Source: Bacteroidetes bacterium GWF2_33_38
GTDB taxonomy: Bacteria > Bacteroidota > Bacteroidia > Bacteroidales > GWF2-33-38
DNA length: 64,000 nucleotides
Assembly: GCA_001769505.1 (NCBI GenBank)
Contig: MEOF01000050.1
Location: 8,962-72,961, forward strand
Reading direction: 5' to 3'
Part shown: positions 20,231 to 30,345 of the stretch, piece after piece
Layout: each line of letters opens with the position of its first letter
How positions within the stretch are numbered: the first letter of the stretch is position 1
Translations under genes and position numbers: made by a program
Notes under the pieces: generated by a model
Told to the model about the DNA's origin: nothing
Database searches by the model: none
The model's input: the letters and a program-made list of their open reading frames with translations, nothing else

Positions 20231-21544
20231 TTATTGTATTTTTTCATCTTCGAAAAAATTTCCGAATTTTTGCATAATATTATCAAAAATTGGCTTTTTC
20301 TTCTTTTTTTCTTCTTTAACTTCTTCAGGCTTCTCTATCGTTTTGGCTTCTTTTACTTTATTGCCTGTTTCGATTTTATTTTGTTTATCGAGTATTTCGT
20401 AACCTTCTAGAAGCAATCCGATACTTGTTGCGAACATTGGATGATTTAATTTTTCGTCGGTATTTCCTGCAAGATGTTCATTTGGGTAACCAATCTTAAC
20501 ATCTAATCCTGTTTTAAAGGAAATTAATTGTGGAAGATGTTTTAATAATGAACCACCGCCTGTAATCACAATCCCTGCTCCTAATTTGTTCATGTATCCA
20601 GATGATTCGAGTTCAAATGAAATAACGCCAATAATCTCTTCCATTCGAGCTTGAATTACGTGTGAAAGCGAATTAAAAGAAATTTCTCTTGACGGGCGAC
20701 CATTAATGCCGGGAACTGTAACTATTTGGTTTTTTGGAGCGAGTTCAGCAAGAGTTGAGCCGTAATCTTTTTTTAATTTCTCAGCTTGTTCGTTGATAAC
20801 AGCAAACTCGGTTTTAATATCGTTGGTAATCGCATTTCCGCCAACAGGAATAACAGCGGTATGCCTGATTACATTATCATAAAATACTGCAATGTCAGTT
20901 GTTCCACCACCTATATCGATTAGTGCAACTCCAGCTTCTTTCTCTTCGTTGGTAAGTACTGCTTGAGACGATGCTAAAGGTTCAAGAATTAAACTGTTTA
21001 CTGCAATATCGACACGATTAACACATTTTTTGATATTATTTGCCGATGCAATCTTCCCAATTACAATATGAAAATTTGCTTCGAGTCTTTTTCCACAAAT
21101 GCCGATTGGATTTTTCTCGCTATATTCGCCATCGATAATGTAGCTTTGTGGAATTACGTGAAGAATTTCTTCGTCAGAATCCACTGGAATTCTATACATA
21201 TCGTCAATCAGTTTTTGAATGTCGTTTTGACTAATGCCATCATCGGTTGAATCTCTATTCAAATATCCGTGATTTTGAATGCTTTTAATGTGTTGACCTG
21301 CTATCCCAACAAATACTTCGTCAATCTTGATATTCGTTTTTTCTTCAACGTCTCGTATAACCGTTTGGATTTCATTAATGGTATCTTGAATATTTAAAAC
21401 CACACCGCGACGAACCCCTTTTGATGGTGTTGAGCTATAGCCCACAATCTCGAGTTTTTTAAATTCGTTTTTTTGACCGACAATAGCAACGATTTTTGTT
21501 GTTCCGATGTCTATAGCTGCTACGTAATTTTTTTTGTCTTTCAT
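20231..21544 (-). CDS. ftsA: Cell division protein FtsA
   Basis: DIGTTKI, DIGGGTTD, TGGG; synteny with ftsZ. Confidence 0.98.
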   Translation of the reverse strand: MKDKKNYVAAIDIGTTKIVAIVGQKNEFKKLEIVGYSSTPSKGVRRGVVLNIQDTINEIQTVIRDVEEKTNIKIDEVFVGIAGQHIKSIQNHGYLNRDSTDDGISQNDIQKLIDDMYRIPVDSDEEILHVIPQSYIIDGEYSEKNPIGICGKRLEANFHIVIGKIASANNIKKCVNRVDIAVNSLILEPLASSQAVLTNEEKEAGVALIDIGGGTTDIAVFYDNVIRHTAVIPVGGNAITNDIKTEFAVINEQAEKLKKDYGSTLAELAPKNQIVTVPGINGRPSREISFNSLSHVIQARMEEIIGVISFELESSGYMNKLGAGIVITGGGSLLKHLPQLISFKTGLDVKIGYPNEHLAGNTDEKLNHPMFATSIGLLLEGYEILDKQNKIETGNKVKEAKTIEKPEEVKEEKKKKKPIFDNIMQKFGNFFEDEKIQ

Positions 21545-21550
21545 GGTGCT

Positions 21551-22348
21551 TTATCTTTTAGTGCAAATTGCTTGATTTGTATATTTTAAATTGACCGATT
21601 TATATTTTCTCCATCCTGTTTTTGGAAAACCAATTTTGTATAAATAGTCAAGTCGGATAAATTTATTCTCATAATCGCTAATATCTCCCATCATTATGGT
21701 TTCAACGCCAATTTTAGGGACAAGTTCAAATTCGTTTTTTTCGTTAATGTATATTTGTTCGACAAGCGATTTCCAAATGTCATTTTCATAAATATATTTC
21801 GATAAAATAAAAACATCTTTTAAAATATTGTTAGTTGAAAATTCATCATCATCAGGTGTTTCGTCTAATAAATTTTTGTTGCGATATTTCGCAAGTGGTT
21901 CGTTAATGTTTCCGTTTACGATTGGCACATGAGCCGTATATTTTTTTGAAAGTGGCATTAAATATCCTTCTTGATCAATATAATAGCTTTCGTTGTTGTA
22001 ATTCACAACACGGACGATAGGATTTCGTTGAGTTATATCAATCTTGAGTATTTCATTTTTTTCAATGTACACAACAGCCTTTTTTATCGAAGTATGTTGA
22101 TAAATAATTTGTTCAATTTTATCTGTATTAATGCTGTCAACATGATAACTCAATAATTTTTCGCCATTATTTTTTAAAGTATTGATAATTTCTTGCTCTT
22201 CAACGAATTGATTTTCGGTGTTATCGACAATATTAATTTCAATTTTAGAACAGATTGATGCTTTTTCTTTCGTTGAAACAAAGCTCAGCGAAACAATTAA
22301 ATATGTGATAATTGTCAGCCAAATCAATATGTTTTTTATTTTATTCAT
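21551..22348 (-). CDS. ftsQ: Cell division protein FtsQ
   Basis: N-terminal TM, QRNP, position between murC and ftsA. Confidence 0.88.
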   Translation of the reverse strand: MNKIKNILIWLTIITYLIVSLSFVSTKEKASICSKIEINIVDNTENQFVEEQEIINTLKNNGEKLLSYHVDSINTDKIEQIIYQHTSIKKAVVYIEKNEILKIDITQRNPIVRVVNYNNESYYIDQEGYLMPLSKKYTAHVPIVNGNINEPLAKYRNKNLLDETPDDDEFSTNNILKDVFILSKYIYENDIWKSLVEQIYINEKNEFELVPKIGVETIMMGDISDYENKFIRLDYLYKIGFPKTGWRKYKSVNLKYTNQAICTKR

Positions 22349-23730
22349 ACTTTGTTAAAAGCTTTTTTAATAGGTTCAACCAAGTTTGTTACGTCTCCTG
22401 CTCCTATAGTAAGTAAAATTTCAAATTTTTTATTGATTATTTCTTGCATGAGAGAATCTTTTTTGCACAATCGCTTGTTCGTAATTTTTACTTTATCGAA
22501 AATTATTTTTGAGGTTACTCCTTTTATTGGCAATTCACGAGCGGGATAAATATCTAACAAAAATAATTCGTCTAAAAGACTTAAACTTTTTGCAAAATCG
22601 TCGGCTAAATCGCGTGTGCGAGAAAACAAATGTGGTTGAAAAATTCCTGATATTTTCTTGTCTGGATACATATTTCGGATAGATGAAATTAACGCTTTAA
22701 TTTCTTCGGGATGGTGTGCGTAATCGTCGATGTACAACATTTTTGAGTTGTTGATATGAACTTGAAAACGGCGTTCAACTCCACGGAAAGTTTCAACTGC
22801 TTTTTTCATCGAATTTTCATCAACATTCAACAAATAACAAACTGACATTGCGGCAATTGCATTTTCAACATTTATCAATCCAATTGTTCCTAAAACAACA
22901 TTTTTAATTTGTCCTTTTGGAGAATTGAAAGTGAACGTATATTTATTGTTAACTACCTTAATATCAGAAGCATAAAAATCAGCCTTTTCGTTTAACGAAT
23001 AGGTAAAAGTTTTGAAAGAATTTATCGAATTTATATGCAAAGGCAAACCTTTTTTGTGAACCAAAAATCCATTATTTTGAGTTTGATTTGCAAACAACGA
23101 AAATGTTTGTTGAATTTCTTCCAAACCCGAATAAATGTCTAAATGGTCAGCATCTATTGATGTTATGAGTGTAATGTGTGGAAAAAGTTTCAAAAAAGAA
23201 CGGTCAAATTCATCAGCTTCGACCACATAATTATTGCTTTTTGGCGAAAGAATTAAATTGGTGTTATAGTTTTGCGAAATTCCGCCTAAAAATGCGTTGC
23301 ATTTCAATTCAGATGTTGTTAAAATGTGCGAAACCATTGTTGAAACGGTTGTTTTTCCGTGAGTTCCTGCAATTGCTATGGTTTGATGATGGCGAACAAT
23401 TAATCCTAAAATTTCGGAACGTTTGTAAATTATATAATTGTTATTTTTGAAATAATTCAATTGTGTATGGTCGTAAGGTATTGCAGGTGTTACAATTACC
23501 AAAACTTGATTTTTGTGTTCTGCATTTTTAATTTCATCAGAAATAACATCCAAATTATCTTCAAAATACACCTTGATATTTTCTGAAACTAAAGCATCAG
23601 TAATCAAAGTTGGTGTTTTGTCGTAACCTTCAACATTTTTGCCTTGCGAATTGAAATAACGAGCCAAAGCACTCATTCCAATGCCTCCAATTCCAATTAA
23701 ATAAACTGTATGTATGTTGCTGAAGTTCAT
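22345..23730 (-). CDS. murC: UDP-N-acetylmuramate-L-alanine ligase
   Basis: GIGGIGMSALA, GTHGKTT, EADE, DDYAHHP. Confidence 0.98.
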   Translation of the reverse strand: MNFSNIHTVYLIGIGGIGMSALARYFNSQGKNVEGYDKTPTLITDALVSENIKVYFEDNLDVISDEIKNAEHKNQVLVIVTPAIPYDHTQLNYFKNNNYIIYKRSEILGLIVRHHQTIAIAGTHGKTTVSTMVSHILTTSELKCNAFLGGISQNYNTNLILSPKSNNYVVEADEFDRSFLKLFPHITLITSIDADHLDIYSGLEEIQQTFSLFANQTQNNGFLVHKKGLPLHINSINSFKTFTYSLNEKADFYASDIKVVNNKYTFTFNSPKGQIKNVVLGTIGLINVENAIAAMSVCYLLNVDENSMKKAVETFRGVERRFQVHINNSKMLYIDDYAHHPEEIKALISSIRNMYPDKKISGIFQPHLFSRTRDLADDFAKSLSLLDELFLLDIYPARELPIKGVTSKIIFDKVKITNKRLCKKDSLMQEIINKKFEILLTIGAGDVTNLVEPIKKAFNKV

Positions 23731-23864
23731 AAAGTTAAAGGTTCATAAAGTTTGTAAAGTCTGTAAAGTTGAAAGACAATTAGCAATTAGTAATCTGCAA
23801 TTAACAATAAAAATTCAATATTCTAATTTCCAATTTCTATCTTCCAACTTCTGTATTCTGACCT
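23731..23864 (-). repeat. Composite short-period repeat element (modules A, C, D) filling the murG-murC spacer
   Basis: C and D modules and their junction match 4452-4523 in reverse complement; A matches 46286-46324. Confidence 0.8.
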
Positions 23865-24965
23865 CTATTTTATCATTTTAATAATTTCATCTGCAATAAC
23901 ATCGGCTGAATTCTTAAAAGCCATTTTTGAAATATTTTCGGTGTAAGCATTTAATCTAAAATTGTCTTTTAGCAATGCAATCGCTTCTGGAACAAGTTTT
24001 TCGACAGACTCTTTATCTTCAATCATTAATGCGGCATTGTTTTTAATTAAAGCCATTGCATTTTTTGTTTGGTGATCTTCGGCAACATTTGGTGAAGGAA
24101 CTAAAATTGATGGTTTTTTTACCAAGCAAAGTTCCGAAATGGTGCTTGCTCCAGCTCTAGAAATTACTAGGTCGGCTACAGCAAACGCAAAATCCATTTT
24201 TTGAATAAATTGAAATACCTTTATATCTGGATTTCCTAGTTTTTCAACAGCAGCAACAGCCGTATCGTAGTATGTTTTTCCGGTTTGCCAAATTACTTGA
24301 ATTTTGTTCTCGGTAATAAAATCTAAATGTTTTAGAATACTTTGGTTGATGGTTCTTGCACCAAGACTTCCACCAACAACTAATAATATTTTCTTATTTC
24401 CTTGAAGATGAAAATGTTTTAATCCTTCCTCCTTTTTTGTGAAAATATTTTCCAAATCTTGACGAACAGGGTTTCCTGTCATTATAATTTTCTCTTTTGG
24501 AAAGTATCGTTCCATGCCTTCGTATGCAACACATATTTTTTGAACTTTGCTTGCTAATATTTTATTGGTAATTCCTGGATATGAATTTTGTTCTTGAATT
24601 AAACAAGGAATTCCTTTTTTTGCGGCTGTTTGTAAAATTGGACCACTAGCAAAACCGCCTACCCCAACAGCCACATCAGGTTGAAAGTCTTTAATTATTT
24701 TTCTGGATTTTTGTAAACTCACTAATAATTTCCAAAAAAAAGCAATATTTTTAAATGTTATTTTTCGTTGAAAACCAGCAATTGGAAGCCCGATAATATT
24801 ATATCCTGCATCAGGCACTTTAATCATTTCTATTTTTCCTAAAGCTCCAACGAAAAGAATTTCAATATTCTCGATTTTCTTTTTTAATGCATTAGCTATT
24901 GAAATTGCAGGGAATACGTGTCCTCCGGTTCCTCCTCCGCTAATTATGATTTTTATTTTTTCCAT
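23865..24965 (-). CDS. murG: Lipid II GlcNAc transferase
   Basis: GGGTGGH, QEQN, GNPVR, GGSLGA, SRAGA. Confidence 0.98.
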   Translation of the reverse strand: MEKIKIIISGGGTGGHVFPAISIANALKKKIENIEILFVGALGKIEMIKVPDAGYNIIGLPIAGFQRKITFKNIAFFWKLLVSLQKSRKIIKDFQPDVAVGVGGFASGPILQTAAKKGIPCLIQEQNSYPGITNKILASKVQKICVAYEGMERYFPKEKIIMTGNPVRQDLENIFTKKEEGLKHFHLQGNKKILLVVGGSLGARTINQSILKHLDFITENKIQVIWQTGKTYYDTAVAAVEKLGNPDIKVFQFIQKMDFAFAVADLVISRAGASTISELCLVKKPSILVPSPNVAEDHQTKNAMALIKNNAALMIEDKESVEKLVPEAIALLKDNFRLNAYTENISKMAFKNSADVIADEIIKMIK

Positions 24966-25112
24966 ATAAACCCCCTTTACTCCCCAATACTTCGTCTACG
25001 CTCAGTATAGTAGGAGGATTTTGATTAGTATTTTAATTTTTTCTAATTTTATTTTCTAATTTCCAACTTCTGACTTCTGTCTCCTTAATTCCGTCTCCTG
25101 ACTTCTAACTTC
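24966..25112. repeat. ftsW-murG spacer with module A heptamers and degenerate REP-like fragments
   Basis: ttctaatttccaacttctgacttctg...; ccccctttactcccc and tacttcgtctacgctcagta. Confidence 0.6.
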
Positions 25113-26294
25113 TTACGCTTTTACTACTTCCTTTTCAGTTTGTTTCTTTTCTTTAGATACTTCCGTTTCTGCGATATTTGCATCTCGGCTTACGCTTAAT
25201 ATAATTCCTAAAGCTACGCTTGTAAAAAGAATTGATGTACCACCCATACTAACGAATGGCAAAGTTTGTCCGGTAACCGGAAGTAAATTTACCGAAACTG
25301 CCATGTTAATCATGGCTTGAAAAACAAGACTCAGAGCCAAACCAATAGCTAAAAATGCAGAGAACGAGCCCGATGTTTTTCGTACAATTTTACCTGCCCG
25401 ATACAAGAGCCAAAGATAAAGTGCAAGCATAGTTATTCCACCAATCAATCCATATTCTTCAATTATTATGGCATAAATGAAATCGGAATATGGATGCGGT
25501 AAAAAATTTCGTTGAGTGCTATTTCCGGGCATTTTTCCTATAATTCCTCCTGTAACAATAGCAATTTTTGCTTGTTCGGCTTGATAATTACTTTCGCTAT
25601 CGCCAGATGTGAAATTTTCAATCCTTTTTTTCCACGTTCCAACCCTTCCAGTGTTATCAGAATTCATAACTATTGCGATGAATATTGTAAAAAGAACAAG
25701 TCCTATTCCAACTAATCCAAATAGATATTTTAAGTTTACACGACCAATAAACATTAATATCCAAGTTGTTGCAAATAGGAGAGCTGCTGTTGAAAAATTT
25801 GCCGGAAGAATTAATCCGCACACAATTAATATTGGAATAACGATGGGACGAAATGCATCTTTAAATCCTTTAATTACATCTTGTTTAATTGCAAGTAAAC
25901 GTGCAACGTACATTATTAGAGCTAGTTTAGCTAAGTCGGATGTTTGGAATGAAACACCAATGCCAGGCAGGGTTAGCCATCGCGAAGCTTCATTTAAACT
26001 TGTTCCGATAACAAGCGTTAATGCTAATAAAGGAATCGAAATCCATAAAAAAAGGATTGATATTTTAGAAAAATAACGATATGGAACCCAATGAGTTATA
26101 AAAACAATAAAAATTCCGATAAGTATAAACATTGAATGTTTGAAGAAATAATAAGTTGTGTCTCCTCCTTGATATTTGTACGCTAATGTTCCAGTTGAAC
26201 TGTACACTGCAAGCACAGAAAAGATAGACAACACTATTATTATTGCCCAAATTACGGAATCTCCTTTAAAATATTTTTGAAAATATTCCCTCAT
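25113..26294 (-). CDS. ftsW: SEDS peptidoglycan polymerase FtsW
   Basis: Multi-TM; RWL, SDFIY, PVTGQTLP.VS.GGTS. Confidence 0.96.
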   Translation of the reverse strand: MREYFQKYFKGDSVIWAIIIVLSIFSVLAVYSSTGTLAYKYQGGDTTYYFFKHSMFILIGIFIVFITHWVPYRYFSKISILFLWISIPLLALTLVIGTSLNEASRWLTLPGIGVSFQTSDLAKLALIMYVARLLAIKQDVIKGFKDAFRPIVIPILIVCGLILPANFSTAALLFATTWILMFIGRVNLKYLFGLVGIGLVLFTIFIAIVMNSDNTGRVGTWKKRIENFTSGDSESNYQAEQAKIAIVTGGIIGKMPGNSTQRNFLPHPYSDFIYAIIIEEYGLIGGITMLALYLWLLYRAGKIVRKTSGSFSAFLAIGLALSLVFQAMINMAVSVNLLPVTGQTLPFVSMGGTSILFTSVALGIILSVSRDANIAETEVSKEKKQTEKEVVKA

Positions 26295-27632
26295 TTATAG
26301 ATTTCTAACAGCTTTTTTAAATCTGCGTCCTCGTTCTTCGTAATTTTCAAAAAGGTCGAAACTTGCACATGCTGGTGATAATAAAACTGTTTCTCCCTTT
26401 TTTGCAAGGTAATATGATTTTTGAACTGCTTCTTCAATTGAACTTACGTCAATAATATTTTCAACTACCTTTTTAAAAGCTTTATGAATCTTAGAGTTGT
26501 CGGTTCCTATACATATAATAGCCTTTACTTTTTCCTTTACTAAAGGAATTAATGTTTCGTAATCGTTTCCTTTATCAATGCCTCCGGCAAGCCAAACAAC
26601 TTTAGAATTCATGCTTTCGAGAGCATACCAAGTTGAATTAACATTTGTTGCTTTTGAATCGTTTATGTACTGAATTCCATGAACTTTGATAACAGGCTCA
26701 AGTCTGTGTTCAACACCTTGAAAATCAAATAAAGACTCTCGAATAGTATCTTTTCTAATTTTAAATACATGAGCTGCAATTCCTGCTGCCATTGAGTTGT
26801 AGGTGTTGTGTTTTCCGTGTAATGCTAGGTCGTGTAAAATCATATTGAATGTATTATTGTTTATGTTTATAATTAATTCTTCGTTTTTAATATGTGCTCC
26901 GTTTCCAGCTTTTTCAGCGAGGGTAAAAGGAAATTTTTGAGCTAATATTTTTCTTTTGACTATTTCGTTCATTGTAACCTCATCATCTTGACAATAGATG
27001 AAATAATCGTTTTCGGTTTGATTTTGAATAATTCTCAATTTTGAATCGATGTAATTCTGAAAATTATAATCGTAACGGTCAAGATGGTCAGGGGTAATGT
27101 TGGTAAGTATTGCGACATCAACCTTGAAATCGAACATTCCATCGAGTTGAAAACTACTAAGTTCTAGCACATAAATGTCGAAATTCTCAGTCGCTACTTG
27201 ATATGCAAAACTCTGTCCTACGTTGCCCGCAAGTCCAACATTTAATCCAGCTTTTTTAAAAATGTGATAAATTAAAAGGGTCGTGGTTGTTTTTCCGTTG
27301 CTTCCTGTTATGCCTATAATCTTTGCGTTTGTGTATCTTCCCGCAAACTCAATTTCTGAAATTATCGGAATGTTTTTTTCTTTGAGTTTTCTTACGATTT
27401 CAGCTTTATCAGGAATGCCAGGACTTTTGATTACCGTATCAGCATTCAGAATCAATTCTTCGGTATGTTGCTTTTCTTCCCATTTGATACTGTTGTCGTT
27501 TAAAATAGTTTTATACTTGTCTTTTAAATTTCCTTTATCCGACAAGAATACTTCAAAACCTTTGGTTTTTGCCAATATTGCTGCTCCAACTCCGCTTTCG
27601 CCACCACCTAATATGACTATTCTTTTGCTCAT
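26295..27632 (-). CDS. murD: UDP-MurNAc-L-Ala-D-glutamate ligase
   Basis: GGGESG, TGSNGKTTT, ELSSFQL, NDSKATN, SPACASFD. Confidence 0.98.
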   Translation of the reverse strand: MSKRIVILGGGESGVGAAILAKTKGFEVFLSDKGNLKDKYKTILNDNSIKWEEKQHTEELILNADTVIKSPGIPDKAEIVRKLKEKNIPIISEIEFAGRYTNAKIIGITGSNGKTTTTLLIYHIFKKAGLNVGLAGNVGQSFAYQVATENFDIYVLELSSFQLDGMFDFKVDVAILTNITPDHLDRYDYNFQNYIDSKLRIIQNQTENDYFIYCQDDEVTMNEIVKRKILAQKFPFTLAEKAGNGAHIKNEELIININNNTFNMILHDLALHGKHNTYNSMAAGIAAHVFKIRKDTIRESLFDFQGVEHRLEPVIKVHGIQYINDSKATNVNSTWYALESMNSKVVWLAGGIDKGNDYETLIPLVKEKVKAIICIGTDNSKIHKAFKKVVENIIDVSSIEEAVQKSYYLAKKGETVLLSPACASFDLFENYEERGRRFKKAVRNL

Positions 27633-27636
27633 ATTT

Positions 27637-28890
27637 TTATCGAAGTTTTAGCGTAACTATGGTTAATACAGCGAGAATAATTCCTACAATCCAGAATCGA
27701 GTTACAATTTTTGGTTCTGGGTAACCAAGTTTTTGAAAATGATGGTGAAGAGGAGCCATTTTGAATATTCTTCGACCTTCGCCAAATCTCTTTTTAGTGT
27801 ATTTGAAGTAGCTAACCTGCATCATTACTGATACATTTTCGACTAAGAAAATTCCACATAATATTGGAATAAGCAACTCTTTTCTGATTATGATTGCAAA
27901 AACGGCAATGATTCCACCTAGTGCCAAACTTCCTGTATCGCCCATAAATACTTGAGCAGGGAAGGAGTTATACCATAAAAATCCAATGGTTGCTCCAATA
28001 AATGCACTTGCAAAAATTACCAACTCGCCAGAATGCGGAATGTACATTATGTTCAAATAATCGGCGTAAATCATATTCCCTCCCAAGTATGCTAAAATAC
28101 CAAGCGTAGTGCCTATAATTGCCGAAGTTCCTGTTGCAAGCCCATCAAGTCCATCGGTCATATTTGCCCCATTCGAGACCGCGGTAACAATTAAAATTAC
28201 TGCGATTACAAAAACTATCCAGGCACAAGCTTGACATTTGTCACCTAAAAATGAAACCAAATAGGCATAGTCAAATTCGTTATTCTTCATAAACGGAATA
28301 GTTGTAACAGTTGATTTTACATCTTCTCCTTTAAATATTGCAGTTGAAGAATTATGCCGAGTGGAATTTTGTTCAGCAAATTCAGTGTTTTGAGTAATTG
28401 TTTCAGATGATTTAACTCTTACCACAACATCATCATTTAGGTATAGTGTCAAACCCACGATTAGGCCAATTCCGATTTGCCCCAATATTTTAAACTTCCC
28501 GTTTAGACCTTCTTTATTCTTCTTAAATACTTTAATGTAATCGTCCAAAAAACCTAAAAATCCTAGCCAAACAGTCGTTATAAGCATTAGAATGATGTAA
28601 ATATTGGTAAGGTCACCGAATAATAAAACAGGAATAAGTATTGAACCCAGAATTATTAATCCTCCCATGGTTGGAGTTCCTTTTTTGGCATATTGTCCTT
28701 CTAATCCGAGTTCGCGAATGGTTTCCCCAATTTGCTTTTTTTGAATAAAACGAATGATTCTTTTTCCAACTAAGAGAGAAAAGAAAAGCGATGTAATTAT
28801 CGACATGGCTGCTCGGAACGAAATATATTGAAATACTCCTGCTCCCGGCAAATCTAATTTATCTAAGTATTCAAATAAATAGTATAGCAT
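27637..28890 (-). CDS. mraY: Phospho-MurNAc-pentapeptide transferase
   Basis: [30 protein letters not shown]. Confidence 0.98.
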   Translation of the reverse strand: MLYYLFEYLDKLDLPGAGVFQYISFRAAMSIITSLFFSLLVGKRIIRFIQKKQIGETIRELGLEGQYAKKGTPTMGGLIILGSILIPVLLFGDLTNIYIILMLITTVWLGFLGFLDDYIKVFKKNKEGLNGKFKILGQIGIGLIVGLTLYLNDDVVVRVKSSETITQNTEFAEQNSTRHNSSTAIFKGEDVKSTVTTIPFMKNNEFDYAYLVSFLGDKCQACAWIVFVIAVILIVTAVSNGANMTDGLDGLATGTSAIIGTTLGILAYLGGNMIYADYLNIMYIPHSGELVIFASAFIGATIGFLWYNSFPAQVFMGDTGSLALGGIIAVFAIIIRKELLIPILCGIFLVENVSVMMQVSYFKYTKKRFGEGRRIFKMAPLHHHFQKLGYPEPKIVTRFWIVGIILAVLTIVTLKLR

Positions 28891-28891
28891 A

Positions 28892-30343
28892 TTAATTAAT
28901 ATTTTCGTTTATAATTTCTTTATCGTCAAAATGGTGCTTTATGCCTTTTATTTCCTGATAAGTTTCGTGTCCCTTTCCTGCAACAAGAACGATATCGTTT
29001 TCCTCAGCGATTAAACATGCTGTTTTGATAGCTTCTCTTCTATCGGTAATTCGAATTACTTTTCGAGCATTTTGAGCCTCAACTCCTTCGTACATTTCGT
29101 TGAGAATCGATTCGGGTTCTTCATTTCGAGGATTGTCAGAAGTTAGAATAACTTTATTGCTTTTCTCGGCTGCAATGCGAGCCATTATGGGGCGTTTTGT
29201 TTTGTCTCTGTTTCCGCCGGCACCTATTACAGTTATCAGATTTTCGTTTCCGTTACGGATTTCAGAAATTGTATTTAGTACATTTTCTAATGCGTCGGGA
29301 GTGTGAGCATAGTCAACAATAAAAGTTACATTGTTTTTTGAACGAAGAGTTTCAAATCGTCCATTGACAGACTTAAGTTTGCTCAAAATTGTAAGAATTT
29401 CCTTTTTGTCTTGATTTAAAAGAACGCCAGCCGAATATATTGCAAGCAAATTGTATGCGTTAAATTTGCCTATAAAGCTTGTCCAAACATCGATTCCTTC
29501 AACGTTTAGTTGCATTCCATCGAAATGACTTTCAATAATTTTAATTTTGAAATCGGCAACAGATTTTAGTGCGTAAGAATATTTTACTGCATGGGTATTT
29601 TGAAGCATAATCTTTCCGTTACGGTCATCAACATTTGTGAGTGCAAAAGCCGATGCGGATAAATTGTCGAAAAATGTTTTCTTAGCTTTTAAGTATTCAC
29701 TAAATGTTTTATGATAATCTAAATGGTCGTGCGTGATATTCGAAAAAATGCCCCCTTTGAATACTAAGCCAGTAATTCGATGTTGAGCAATAGCATGTGA
29801 ACTTACTTCCATAAAACAATACTCGCAGCCTGCATAAACCATTTCGTTTAACAAAGAATTTAATGAAATAGCATCAGGAGTTGTGTGTGTTGAGTCGATT
29901 ACTTTAATGTCAACATAGTTGCTTATGGTGGAAAGTAAACCGACTTTATATCCAAGTTCTTTGAATAATTTATATAAAAGAGTAACGGTAGTTGTTTTTC
30001 CATTGGTTCCTGTAATACCAACTAAATTTAGTTTAGATGACGGATTTCCGAAATAATTTGAAGCCATAAGTCCTAATGCTTCAGAAGAGTTGTGAACTAA
30101 AATATAGCAAATATTTTTGTTTATATTTGATGGAAGTTCTTCGCACACAATTGTTTTTGCTCCAAGCTCCAATGCTTTCTCGATATAGTTATGTCCATCG
30201 GTTAAACTCCCGCGTGTTGCAACGAAAATGTCATCTGCTTGTACTTTTCTTGAATCGAAGCAAACAAGATTTATCTGGATATTTGAGTCTCCAATTATTT
30301 GTTTTGACTTTACGCCTTTTAATATATCTGACAATAATTTCAT
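28892..30343 (-). CDS. murE: UDP-MurNAc-tripeptide synthetase (meso-DAP)
   Basis: [30 protein letters not shown]. Confidence 0.98.
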   Translation of the reverse strand: MKLLSDILKGVKSKQIIGDSNIQINLVCFDSRKVQADDIFVATRGSLTDGHNYIEKALELGAKTIVCEELPSNINKNICYILVHNSSEALGLMASNYFGNPSSKLNLVGITGTNGKTTTVTLLYKLFKELGYKVGLLSTISNYVDIKVIDSTHTTPDAISLNSLLNEMVYAGCEYCFMEVSSHAIAQHRITGLVFKGGIFSNITHDHLDYHKTFSEYLKAKKTFFDNLSASAFALTNVDDRNGKIMLQNTHAVKYSYALKSVADFKIKIIESHFDGMQLNVEGIDVWTSFIGKFNAYNLLAIYSAGVLLNQDKKEILTILSKLKSVNGRFETLRSKNNVTFIVDYAHTPDALENVLNTISEIRNGNENLITVIGAGGNRDKTKRPIMARIAAEKSNKVILTSDNPRNEEPESILNEMYEGVEAQNARKVIRITDRREAIKTACLIAEENDIVLVAGKGHETYQEIKGIKHHFDDKEIINENIN

Positions 30344-30345
30344 AA

